Shown here one piece after another: positions 1-21,098 of a stretch of 64,000 nucleotides of DNA; position 1 is the first letter of the stretch; every line of letters begins with the position of its first letter. Under the pieces are notes generated by a model. The model had not been told where the DNA came from. It ran no database searches and was given only the letters and a program-made list of their open reading frames with translations. A program made the position numbers and the translations under genes. The stretch is from the human T2T-CHM13v2.0 reference genome, Homo sapiens: assembly GCF_009914755.1 (NCBI RefSeq), contig NC_060943.1. One strand, written 5' to 3'.

Positions 1-346
1 CATCGTGGAGATAATTTTAGAGCTTTGCAGTCTGACTGTAAATCAGCTCCATCTTATAAACATGGTTCCTATAACTGCTGTGTATTTCCTGATAATGTAT
101 GTGAACAAGCATATCTCCTCACCCTCTGTGTCCCCAGTATCAGATAGTGCACAGTACATCTCAAATGTGATCATTTCTTGTCAGCTAATGCTTGAATTTC
201 TCCACTCAGTTTCTGGTCTAGCAATAGAGCCAGGCTTGCCATGTCCTGCTTCACAAGTAATGTGCAACAGCAAAAGCACAGGCTCCAACACTAGTCTACA
301 ACATGCACCTGGGATGTTCTAGATATTTATCAGTTTATAATCAGGC

Positions 347-641
347 TTTTTTTTTTTTTTTGAGACAGTGTCTCGCTCTGTCGCCCAGGCTGGAGGCAGT
401 GGCTCGATCTTGGCTCACTGTAAGCTCCGCCTCCTGGGTTCACACCATTGTCCTGCCTCAGCCTCCTGAGTAGCTGGGACTACAGGCACCTGCCACCATG
501 CCCAGCTAATTTTTTGTATTTTTAGTAGAGACGGGGTTTTACTGTGTTAGCCAGGGTGGTGTCGATCTCCTGACCTCATGATCCGCCCACCTCGACCTCC
601 CAAAGTGCTGGGATTACAGGCGTGAGCCACCGCACCCGGCC
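347..641 (-). mobile_element. Alu (AluY-like)
   Basis: Poly-T followed by reverse-complement Alu consensus. Confidence 0.9.
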
Positions 642-649
642 TATAATCG

Positions 650-1400
650 GACTTTTCAAAACCCTAGATATGTGACAATACCAAGTGCTGACAAGAATGT
701 GGAACAACTGGAACTCTTTCTTTTTTAACTTTTGTTTTAGATTCAGGAGTACAGGTGTGGATTTGTTACTGGAACTTTCATACATTGCTAATAGGAAAGG
801 CAAAATGGTAAAGCCGGTCTGGAAAACAATATGCCAGTCTCAAAAAGTTACACATCCAATATGACCCAGCAATCCCACTTATAAGTACTTATCCTAGAGA
901 AATGAAAAATTATGTGCACACAGAAACCTGTACATGAGTGTTTGTAAGTATTATTTATAATTAAAAAAAAAACTAGAGACAAGCAAATGTTCTTCAGTGT
1001 GTAAATGGATACACTGTGGTACATTCCCAAGATGGAATTCTACTCAACGATAACAATAATGAGCTACTGAAACATGCAGCTACATAGATGAACCTCAAAT
1101 GCATTACGCTAAAGGAAAGAACCCAGTCCCAAAAAGTTACATACTGTATGATTCCATTTATATGACATGCTGGAAAAGGTGAAAATATAACAACAGAAAA
1201 CAGATCAAATGTTGCTGAGTGTCTGGGGTGGGGTGGGGTCTGAATACAGAGGGGTTGCACGAGGCAATTCTTTGAGGTGTTGGAATTGTTTTGTATCCTG
1301 CTTGTGGTCATAGATAAAAAATCTGCATGTGTAAAAAATAGAAGTATACATACAAAAAAGTGAATTGTACTGTCTGTAATTTTTTTAAATAAATAAAAAT
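650..1400 (+). mobile_element. Old L1M 3' end with AATAAA at 1388-1397
   Basis: atatgacccagcaatcccact, cctagagaaatgaaaa, atactgtatgattccatttatatga motifs. Confidence 0.8.
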
Positions 1401-1842
1401 CCCTAGCTCTGCTTCATCAGCAGCAGTACCTCCTGATTTGTGTCTTCAAAGATATCTTTAGACTGGCTTCTGAATTACATATCCAGTAGTAGTCAGCCTA
1501 CACACACACAGGCCTTGCCACATGGTCTCATCATTGTTCCGCAGGTCAACTCACAACACAAGTAACACATTACAGTTAGCCCGTATTTGTAAACTCCATC
1601 CAGATGATCAGCCCCCCATTGGAGTGGCAGGCTTCATGTCTGGGGGTGGCACACCTATGGAAGATGGAACTCAGCGTGTGTGCTCTGTTGGGCGTCTCCA
1701 TCACATCTAACAGTGGCTGACAAACCAGCCAATACATAGTCATCAGGGCATATGCAATCATTGGGAATAATACTAAGTGGGGCCAATTCTGCTATCCCTT
1801 GGTTCTCAGTGGTATTCTTAATTCCAACACAGTGCCATTTAA

Positions 1843-3693
<1,851 letters not shown>

Positions 3694-3844
3694 TGAAATT
3701 TGCATGAGATTTAGAAGGTGGAAGTGAAGCACTGCCACTATTCTTGGAAGGTTTTCATGGATGAGCAAATGGCTACATGTGGCATGTCCTTCTCATGGCC
3801 AGTGGCAAAAGCCAAGTCATAATATGAAAGCACATGTAAAGTTC

Positions 3845-4392
3845 TGTTGGGGACCAGCCTCAACACCACCTGTAGGGTACCTGAAGTCCGGTGGCGACAA
3901 AGGAATGAGAAGAGACAGGTTAAGAGTTCATAAAGGTGGGAGCCAAGGGGCCAGAGCAAATCAAAAGCTGCAAAGGCGCCAAGCTCTGGTCTCCACACTA
4001 TTTATTGAGTACAATCACTTAGATCTAAGAAGCAGATGTTCAGGGGTGAAACAGTGAAAGGGGGGCAATGGCAGTTTAGGTACATTTTCTTTGTGCTGAA
4101 GCAGCATAAACTTAACTACTGATTTATTCTTTTACTTATCAGAGAGCAGCTGTGGGGAGTGGGCCTAACTAGAAGCCAGCATATCTGGCCACATTCCAAT
4201 GCTTCAAAGGAGTGTCTTTCTCCTTGAGCACAGTGTTTATAGATAAGAGAGCAGGTCACACTCTGGTCATAGGAACGTGATGGCAATTAGGAGGCTTTCC
4301 TCCTCAGAGGCCTCTTGTGGCTTTCCACAACTTATTGTCCCATATTTTTATGGCCAGTTTATGCAGGCACTCCACAAGCCCTTTTCCCAACA
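3845..4392 (-). mobile_element. Solo LTR14 (HERV-K HML-10 / HERV-K(C4)-type LTR), 548 bp, nested in an MLT1 remnant
   Basis: Minus strand reads TGTTGGGAAAAGGGCTTGTGG...GGCTGGTCCCCAACA, closely matching the HERV-K(C4) LTR as I recall it. Flanked by a gttc duplication; AATAAA at 4001-4006. Confidence 0.85.
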
Positions 4393-4490
4393 GTTCTACC
4401 AAAAGTAACTTCCACTCACATTCTATTCGCTAAATCCAATAAATTGCATGTTAGAATGCATGTTAACATTATCTATTGGTTGTGTTTTGA

Positions 4491-4998
<508 letters not shown>

Positions 4999-5732
4999 TG
5001 AAGTAGGCCAAATGTGGACTAATAATGAGAATGTGTAATAAATCACATATTATGAATAACCTACTTTTGTCCAAAGAATTTATGAAATTTACATGAAATA
5101 TTCCCGTTAGAATAAAAGGAAACTGATAGCAGTTGTTGCATCTGTGGAAAGTGAGTGGCTACAGAACTGGATGTTAGGGGAGAATTAATTTTCACATTTT
5201 TGGTAATTTTTGAATTTTTATAATGTGTGCTTTTATTAAACAAAAAATTTAGAAGATTTTAAAAAATAAATGTAATGTCAAAATATATACGCCAGATACT
5301 CTTTAATCCCACTGTTGGGAATCTGCACAATAGAAACAAAAGAAGGTAAAATTAGAGTTCTAGGTGAACATTAGAAACAACTTCAATGTCTGTAGTAGGT
5401 AATGGCCCAAAATACGGACATACATTCCATTCTAGAAATATTCTGAACCTTACAAAGAATGGGTTACATCTTTACGTACTGACCTGGAAAAGTATTCATG
5501 ATTATTATGAAAAGGACAAGACGCTGTCAAATGTCTGTATGGGGGTAAAAGCTCCTCCAAACACATGCAAAAAATGCTTTCTGTGTACAGGTTGTTTGAG
5601 CATAAAGGAAGAAGAAATACACATACTGGTTATCTCAGAGATTTGAGGGAAGGGAGGAAATTGTTTTCATTTTATTTCACTGTTTCAGTGAAATATTTCA
5701 CTGGTTTCAGTGAAACATGTAATTTTAGAAAA

Positions 5733-5757
5733 TTTATTCTCAATAAAAAAATTTATT
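5733..5757 (-). terminator. Tandem proximal AATAAA signals in the ZNF461 3'UTR (another at about 5232)
   Basis: tttatt at 5733-5738 and 5752-5757 within a duplicated aaaatttattctcaataa unit. Confidence 0.5.
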
Positions 5758-5954
5758 CTCAATAATGGTTAATACAATAACTCAGAAACAGCATTAAAAT
5801 GAGACCAAAATTTACACTTTAGTTATCCACTTTCTCACTTAAAAACATTTGATTTTCAAGGATTATTTAAATAAATAAATACTAATGAAACTGGTGGCTT
5901 ACCAACTTTTTCCTTAAATAAAACAAAGACAATGTATATTTCCATCAACAAATT

Positions 5955-7345
5955 TCATGATGCTAGACTAGGATGGGGAGGGAGGAGAGGAAACCTGACT
6001 GGCTTCTCGCCAGTATGAAGAGTCTGATGTAAGTTAAGTTGTAATCTATGATTAAACGCCTTCCCGCATTGATAAGGTTTCTTTCCAGAATGAATTCTCT
6101 GATGGTGTGAGAAGCTTGAATGATAGCTAAAGGCCTTCCCACATTCCTTACATTCATAGGGTTTCTCACCAGTATGAATTCTTTGATGTTGAATAAGGTG
6201 TGAATGAAGTCTAAAGGCCTTACCACATATCATGCATTCATGAGGTTTCTCACCAGTATGAATTCTCTGATGTCTTTTGAGGTGTGAACACTGTCTAAAA
6301 GTCTTCCCACATTCCTTACACTCATAGGGTTTCTCACCAGTATGAATCCTCTGATGTAGGGTTAGTTGTAAGCCATCACAAAAAGCCTTCCCACATTCAT
6401 GACATTCATAAGGTTTCTTGCCAGAATGAATTTTCTGATGGTGTGAGAAGCTTGAGTGATAGCTAAAGGCCTTCCCACATTCCCGACATTCATAGGGTTT
6501 CTCACCAGTATGAATTCTCTGATGTATAGTAAGATGTGAGCGATGCCTAAAAGTCTTTCCACATTCTTTACATTCATAAGGTTTCTCTCCAGTATGGAGT
6601 CGCAGGTGTTCAGTAAGTTGAAAGCCACGAATAAAAGCCTTCCCACATTGCTTACATTCATAGGGTTTTTCACCAGTATGAAGTCTCTGATGTTGAGTAA
6701 GCTGTGATCGCTGTCTAAAGGCCTTCCCACATTCTTTACATTCATAAGGTTTCTCACCAGTGTGAATTCTTTGATGTAGAGTAAGTTCTGAGCCATAATT
6801 AAAGGCCTTCCCACATTCGTTACATTCATAGCGTTTTTCACCATTATGAATTCTTAGATGTTTAAGTTGTGAGCAATGAACAAAGGCCTTCCAACATTCT
6901 TTACACTCATTGCATTTGTCACCATTTTGAATTGTCTGTTGTTTAAAAAGGCATGGTGTATTAACAATTTCTGTGCATTCTTTACATTCAGAAAGTTCTT
7001 TAGAATGAGTTCTTTTGTGGTGACTAAAAAATAAATGGTAACTGAAGATTTTTCTACACTTTTTACATTCAGAGATTTTCTCTCTATCATAAAATTCTTG
7101 AGTGAGTAAAGTATGTTGGCTAAAAATGGGCATGTTTTCATGGTTAATCATAAGTTGTCTAAAATAACCCTCCTCTTGTCCCTGATGTTGCTCAAAATGA
7201 CAGTTGCCTTCCCAGATAGCGCTGAAAATTGATCTCTCAGGACTATGGCTTTTAAATTCTTCCATGTTAACCCACTGGGATAATTCTGTTTCATAAATAT
7301 CCCTTTTTGGAGATAACTTCTGGGGCTCATCTCTGGATGCCAAGT
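5955..7345 (-). CDS. ZNF461: ZNF461 last coding exon: spacer plus C2H2 zinc-finger array (9 canonical fingers, about 4 atypical or degenerate)
   Basis: Part of ORF 5955..7508 with repeated CxxC...HxxxH and TGEKPY linkers. Acceptor ttatctttcag|AC at 7345 (phase 1) gives [10 protein letters not shown]... and the frame ends ...PPHPSLAS-stop, matching ZNF461 as I recall it. Confidence 0.96.
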
Positions 7346-7709
7346 CTGAAAGATAAGAAATATATTTTAACTCCTGGTTTTGTACTATAAGAGAAATAAA
7401 ATATCTATGGTAGCAATGAGAGATAACTGCAAATAATTCATATAAGAAATAAAAGGCTTGGAGAACTCTTAAATGGGTAAAGGAGCACAGGGAAATGAGA
7501 GCACTCAAATGAAGTAGTTAATTAGGGAAATAATTCAATGGTGCTGAAATTTTGATCCACCTCTGAATTACCTTGAGAGTTTGTTGCAATTATGGATGTT
7601 CAGGAAACATTCTAAATCAACTCAATCAGAATCTAAGAGAGTTGGTCTTAGAATGAGGTCAACTGAGTCAGAGTTCATATGTTTAACACTATCAGGCCAA
7701 AGGTTTATG

Positions 7710-10372
<2,663 letters not shown>

Positions 10373-11097
10373 AGCGGACATGTTTACAACAACCACTACA
10401 CTCATACACATACTTATTTATGTACAGATATAAACACAAACACACACTTTTCTACATCACTTCCTTACAAACGATGTTTTTACTAAGTGAACATACCTGT
10501 GAAACCACCACTTAACCAAGAAACAGAACATTACCAGAAACCCCGAGCCTTCAAGGCCCTTCCCAGGTTTACCTTACCCACCAAAGGTAGGCGATATCCT
10601 GCCTTCTTACACTATGCAGTGGTTTTTGTCTATTTCTGAATTTCCAATAAATGGAATGATATAGGAGGTACTTTTTTCTCCAGCATCTTCTGTCCAGTAC
10701 CACATGTGAGGTTCATTTGTAATATTACAAATAGTAGTAGTTTCTTAATTTTCATTACTATATAGCAGCAGTACTCAATGGGTGGTCCAAGGACCACAGA
10801 GGGTACCTGAGACCCTATCAGGAAGTCTATAAGGTCAAAGCTATTTTCATACTAATTCCGAGACATTTGCCTTTTTTACTTATTCTCTTACCACTGGACA
10901 GGAGAGATTCTGAGAGACTACTAGAAGTGTGATAACGTCACATTCTGAAATCTAACAGAATGCGTGATTATGTATTTCTGTGTGTTCTAGAAGTTTCTAG
11001 AGTAGTAGGTTTGGGGAATAAACATGTACTTTCAGAAATTAGCTGACTTTGTTACCAGTACTTCTACTGTACTCTTAAAAACTGTATTTATTTATAC

Positions 11098-11166
11098 CTG
11101 CATTTATGTCTGTAGCCTCATTATTGTCCAAGAAATTATTGTGAAATCCCCAAGTTTTCCATGTAC
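11098..11166 (-). CDS. ZNF461: ZNF461 69-nt in-frame coding exon, (G)TWKTWGFHNNFLDNNEATDINA(D), lying inside a Charlie1 element
   Basis: ccatgtag|GT acceptor and GCAG|gtataa donor, phase 1-1, no stops. Including it gives a 563-aa protein; the peptide matches the ZNF461 sequence I recall. Confidence 0.85.
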
Positions 11167-11188
11167 CTACATGGAAACAAAAGAATAA

Positions 11189-13796
<2,608 letters not shown>

Positions 13797-14490
13797 TAGA
13801 TTCGTGGTGTTATTAACAAGTATGATTTTTTGGCTATTTTATAAGAAAATGTGTCAAAGTCTGGAAGATCTGCATAACTAATTGGAGCAATATTTTCCAA
13901 ATAACTAATGCATCATGTTACAAAACAGGTACCACAGATAAGAGATCCATTCAAAAAACAAGACAGACTAGTGAGTTTTAATTTAATAGATTAAATTCAG
14001 AGGCAGATGTGAGATCCACGTGTCTTCTTTTAATCCAAGCATTAAAGAAACGTGCAAAAAATGAAAAACATTGCCACTTTTCACAATAACTATTTTCGTT
14101 TTGTTTTGGAAAATTAACTTATTTATGTTAACATATAGTTTATTATTTTTAAATGAATTAAATGAATATTTCATTTTTCCTAGATTTAATTTCTAAGACA
14201 GTTAATATTGAAGGATATAATCTACATATGCAAGAGCTCTTGGGGTTCTCAATAGTTTTTAAGAATATAAAGGCATCCTGAGAATAAAAAGTTTGAGACT
14301 GATAACTATATATAGCATTGCATTCTAACACAATTTATTTTCCCATATACCTAATGATGGACATTCTGGTTGCTTCCAATAGTTGACTATTATGATTAGT
14401 GCTGCTATGAACATTCCTGTACATTTCTTTTGGTGGAAATAATTACTCTTTTCTGTTAGGTATGCACATCAGAGTGAAATTGCTGCATCA

Positions 14491-14859
<369 letters not shown>

Positions 14860-14994
14860 CTAATTTAAAATTCCACTTTCAATTTACTTTCAATTCTTTT
14901 GCGTATATACCTAGAAGTAGAATTGCTTGATTATATGGCAATTCTATTTTTAATGTTTTGAGAAATTACCATACTGTTTTCCATAGTGGCTGTA

Positions 14995-15712
14995 TGATAT
15001 AGCTCGGATATGTGTCCCCTCTAAATCTCATGTGGAATTGTAATCCCCAGTGTTGGAGGTGGGGCCTAGTGGGAAGTAACTGGATTATGGGAGCGGTTTT
15101 CTCATAAATGGTTTAGCACCATTCCCTTGGTGCTATCCTCATGATGGTGAGTGAGTTCTCATGATATCTGGTCCTTGAAAGTGTGTGGGCTGGGTGTGGT
15201 GGCTCATGCCTGTAATCCCAGCACTCTGGGAGGCCGAGGTGGACAGATTATCTGAGATCAGGAGTTCAAGACCAGGTTGACCATCATGGTGAAACTGTGT
15301 CTCTACTAAAAATACAAAATTAGCTGGGTGTGGTGGCAGGCACCTGTAATCCCACCTACTCGGGAGGCTGAGGCAGGAGAATCGCTTGAAACCGAGGTGG
15401 AGGTTGCAGTGAGCTGAGATTGCACCATTGCTTTCCAGCCTGGACAACAAGAATGAAACTCCGTTTCAAAAAAAAAAAGAAAATGTGTGGCACCTCCCCA
15501 CGCCCCCCACTCTCTCTCTTGCTCCTGCTTTCACCATGTAAAGTGCCTGCTCCTGCTTTGCCTTCCACCATGAATAAAAGCTCCCTGAGGCCTTCCTGGA
15601 AGCTGAGCAGGGCCATGCTTCCTATAAAGCCTGCAGAACCATGAGCCAATTAAACCTCTTTTCAAATTACCCAGTCTCAGGTATTTACAGCAATGCAAGA
15701 ATGATCTAATAC
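14995..15712 (+). mobile_element. MST (MaLR) solo LTR with an Alu inserted at about 15188-15482
   Basis: tgatatagctcggatatgtgtccc...aaatctcatgtggaattgtaatcccc start; ccaattaaacctcttttc...ctaatac end. Confidence 0.85.
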
Positions 15713-15800
15713 CTTGTACCATTTTACATTCTCACCAATAGTGCACAAAGGTTCAAATTTCTCCACATTCCTGGCAACACTTGTTATGTTTTTTTTTTAA

Positions 15801-16081
<281 letters not shown>

Positions 16082-16636
16082 TGATCGCGAACTCCTAACC
16101 TCAAGTGATCCACCTGCTTCGGCCTCCCAAAGTGCTGGGATTACAGTCATGAGCCACCGTGCCCAGCCTCATTGTGGTTGTGACTAGCATTTCCTTAATG
16201 GCTAGTGATTTTGAACATCTCTTCATGTGCCTGTTGGCCCCAGCAGCACAAGAAGTATGGAGCAGATCAGAATAGCAGTGTAATGGTTCTGAAAACTAAA
16301 CTGTCATTGGAACTAAAGCCTACAAAAGTAGATCAGATCTTTACTAAATCTAACAGGATAACTACTTGCTCAAATTGATTAAATAGAATCAAGACTCTCT
16401 GAAACATAATAACGAAAATATCCAAGGTACAACTGAAAATCACTTCTCATACCAAAAACCAAGAAAACCAAAATCTGAAGGAGAAAAGGCAATCAACTAA
16501 TGCAAATACAAGGATGAAGCACATGTTGGAATTATCTGACAAAGACTTTAAAACATGCTTCACAAAAAGGCTTTGCCAATCAATTTTAAATTCTCTTGAA
16601 ACAGTATATTTTATTATTTATTTATGTTTTTTTTGA

Positions 16637-16741
<105 letters not shown>

Positions 16742-16783
16742 TGAGTAGCTGGGATTATAGGCTGGGCCATTGTGCCCAGCTAA

Positions 16784-16966
<183 letters not shown>

Positions 16967-18351
16967 TAGGAGAGTAGATGTTAAATGTTCTCCCACACAC
17001 AAAAAAATAAGTTTATAAGATAACTATTGTGGAAGAACAAAAAAAGAAGCATGTCAGGTAACAGATATGTTAATTAGCTAGATTTAATCGTTTCACAACA
17101 TATACATATATCAAAACATATTGTAGACCATAAATACATACAATTTGTATTTTTCAATTAAAAGTATTTAAAAAATAATCTGGCTGGGCGTGGTGGCTCA
17201 CACCTGTAATCCCAGCACTTTGGGAGGCCAAGGTGGGTGGATCATGAGGTCAGGAGTTTGAGACCAGCCTGACCAACATGGTGAAACCCCGTCCCTACTA
17301 AAAATACAAAAATTAGCCAGGCATGGTGGTGGGTACCTGTAATCCCAGCTACTCAGGAGGCTGAGGCAGGAGAATCACTTGAACCCAGAAGACGGAGGGT
17401 CCAGTGAGCTGAGATTGCTACTGCACTTCAGCCTGGGTGAAAGAGTGAGACTCCGTCTTAAAACAAAAAAATTAAATAATAATAATAAGAATCCATGAGT
17501 CAAAGAGGGAGTCTCAAAGGAAAAAATTTTCAAAACAACTATAAGTACATATATACATCCTTTATATATATGAATATACAGAATAATAACACCACATACA
17601 ACTTCATACTTATAACTTCAACAAATTAGAAGATATGGACGAAATCTTTGAAAATCACAAACTACCAATACTCTACTAAGATAAAATAGGCAATCTGAAT
17701 AGTCCTACAACTATTAAATAAATTGAATTTATAATTAAAAAGCTCCCAAAAAGAAATCTCTAGGTTCAGACAGTTGCTCTGGAGAAGTTTACTAAACATT
17801 CATGTGATGTTTTACACAACGTCTTCCAGAAAACAGAAGAAAAGACAACACTTCTCAACTCACTTTATAAGGCCAGTATTACTCTGATACCAAAACAAGA
17901 CTAGGGTGACACAACAAAGAAAATACAAATCAATTATCTTTCATGAACTTAAATGAGAAAATTGTTAACTAAATTTTAGCAAATCAAATCCAACCCAACA
18001 ATGAATAAAAAGCATAATATACCATGACTAAGTGGGATTTATTCTAGGTATAAGAAGCTAATTTAATATTTAAAAACAGTTCAATGTAATATATTATATA
18101 AATATGATAAATAAGAAAAATAACATGATCACATCAATACTCATTCATATTAAAAAAAAAAAAAACCTCCCAGAGCATTAGAGAGGGGAACTCCCTCAAC
18201 CTTATAATATAAAGTATCTACAAAATTCCTAGAGCTGGCCGGGCGTGGTGTCTCACGCCTGTAATCCCAGTACTTTGGGAGGCTGAGGCGGGTGGATCAC
18301 GAGGTCAGGAGATCAAGACCATCCTGGCTAACACAGTGAAACCCCGTCTCA

Positions 18352-18546
<195 letters not shown>

Positions 18547-19485
18547 CTAGAGCTAACATCATACATAATGTTAAAAGACTGAATGCTTTCCCTTCAAAAT
18601 GGGGAAAACACAGGATGTCCACTTTTACCACCCTTATTCAACATAGTATTAGAAGTTCTTGCCACTCCAATAAGGCAAGAAAAAGAAATAAAAGGCATAG
18701 ATTACGAAATAAAAAGAAAATTATCTATTTGTCGATAATTTGTTTATAAGTAGGAATCTCTAAGAAAAAAAAACTAGTACTAATATGCAAGTTGAGTAAG
18801 ATCACAAAATATAGGATTAATATATAAAATTAACTACACTCCAATATAAAAATGCAATGCCATTTACAAATGCTCCAAAGAAAATGAAATACTTAGGTAT
18901 AAAACTAACAAAACTTGTACAGATTCTGTATGATGAAAATTGTAAGATGCTAATAAAAGAAATCAAGGAAAACAAAAATATTTGGAGAGGCACGCTGTGT
19001 TCATGCTTTGGAAGACTGAATAGAATAAAGGTGTTCTCTCTTACTTCATCTATAGGCTTAACACAATTCCCATGAAAATCTAAGCAAATTTTTTGTAGAT
19101 ACAGACAAGCTTTTGTAAAACTTATATGGAAAGAAAAAGGTCCTAAGGATAGCCAAAATAATTATGAAAAACAACACAGTGGGAAGAATCACTCCTTCCA
19201 ATGTTAAGGTTTACTGTATAACTGCAGCCATCATGAAAGGTGGCACTAAAAGAGAGATGGTCACAAAGATCAATGCAACAGAACAGAGAATGCAGAAAGA
19301 GAGCCACACAAATTTGCACAACTAAGTTTTGACAAAGGTGAAAAAGCTATTCACTTGAGAAGGGATAACTTTTAAATAAATGCTATGGGCATCCATAGAA
19401 AAAAAAGAACCTTGATCTAAATTTCACAACTTTACAAAAATTAACACAAAATGAACCACGAACTTAAATGAAAAATGTAAAACTA

Positions 19486-19806
<321 letters not shown>

Positions 19807-20009
19807 CTATAAAATTTCTAAAAAAGAACATTGGAGAAAATCTTAAGGACCTTTGAGTAGGCAAACAGTTCTTAGACGTGACACTAAATACACATACACA
19901 CACCAAAAACACAATTCATAAGAGAAAAGAAGATAAACTAGACCTCATCAAAATTAAAAACTTTTGCTCTGCAAAGACCCTGTTAAAAGGATAAAAAGAC
20001 AAATTACAG

Positions 20010-20088
20010 GGCAACCCGCTGGGGTCCCCTTCCATGCTGTGGAAGCTTTGTTCTTTCGCTCTTCACGATAAACCTTGCTACCGCTCAA
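20010..20088 (+). mobile_element. Retroposed LTR12 (ERV9-family) R-region fragment with short A-tail and 17-bp TSD
   Basis: ggcaacccgctggggtccccttccatgctgtggaagctttgttctttcgctc...ccttgctaccgctc, flanked by aaaaagacaaattacag at 19993-20009 and 20089-20105. Confidence 0.85.
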
Positions 20089-20727
20089 AAAAAGACAAAT
20101 TACAGACTGGGAGAAAATATTTGCAGGTCATAAATCCAACAAAGGCATTCTGTCTAAGATACAAAAAGAACTTTGAAAACTCAACAATATAAAACTAACC
20201 AAATTAGAAAATGGGCAAAAGGCATGGAGAGACATTTCACTAAATAGGATAGACAGATGGCACACACAGATGTTCAACATTACTTGCCATTAAGGAAATT
20301 CAAAATTAAAACCACAATAAGATATAATTACCCACCTATTAGAATGGCTACAATGAAAAACAATTAGAACACCAAATGCTGACTATGATTAGAGAAACTG
20401 GATCACACATACATTGCCAGTTAAGAATGTAAGACGGTACAAACATTGTTGACAATAATTTGGCAGCTCCTTGAAAAACTAAAAATGGACTTATTACACC
20501 ACCCAGCAACTACACTCTTGAGCATTTATCATAAACAAATGAAGACTTGTTTTCATGTACAAGTTTGTACATGAATGTAAAAAACAAAAACCCATATATA
20601 TGTGTATGTGTATATGAAATAAAAGGAAAAAAGCCATTTTCCAAAGGACAAGTATTGCAGGATTCTATTTATGTAACATTTATGAAATTACATAATTATA
20701 CAGAGAACAGAACAGTGGTTGCCAAGG

Positions 20728-21098
20728 TGTATTAGTCTGCTCTCATGCTGCTGATAAAGACATACCCAGGACTGGGTAATTTATAAAGAAAATGGTTTAA
20801 TGGACTCACAGTTCCATGTGGCTGGGGAGGCCTCACAATCATGGCAGAAGGCAAAGGAAGAGCAAAGGCACATCTTACATGACAGCAGACAGGAGAGAAT
20901 GAGAGCCAAGCGAAAGGGGAAACCCCTTATAAAACCATCAGATCTTGTGACACTTATTCACTACCACGAGAACAGTATGGGGGAAAGTGCCCCCATGATT
21001 CAATTATTTCCCACCTGGTCCCTCCCACAACACGTGGGAATTATGGCAGCCTACAATTCAAGATGAGATTTGGGAAGGGACACAGCCAAACAATATCA
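20728..21098 (-). mobile_element. THE1 (MaLR) solo LTR
   Basis: tgtattagtc...gataaagacatacc...cagccaaacaatatca; 5-bp TSD caagg. Confidence 0.92.

Noticed and set aside
5963-7330. Alternative-frame ORFs over the finger exon ([13 protein letters not shown]...)
   Set aside because: Expected shifted-frame translation of C2H2 repeats, broken by stops; no independent evidence.
7346-7508. N-terminal 54 aa of the 517-aa ORF
   Set aside because: Intronic read-through upstream of the splice acceptor at 7345; the real N-terminus comes from the KRAB exons.
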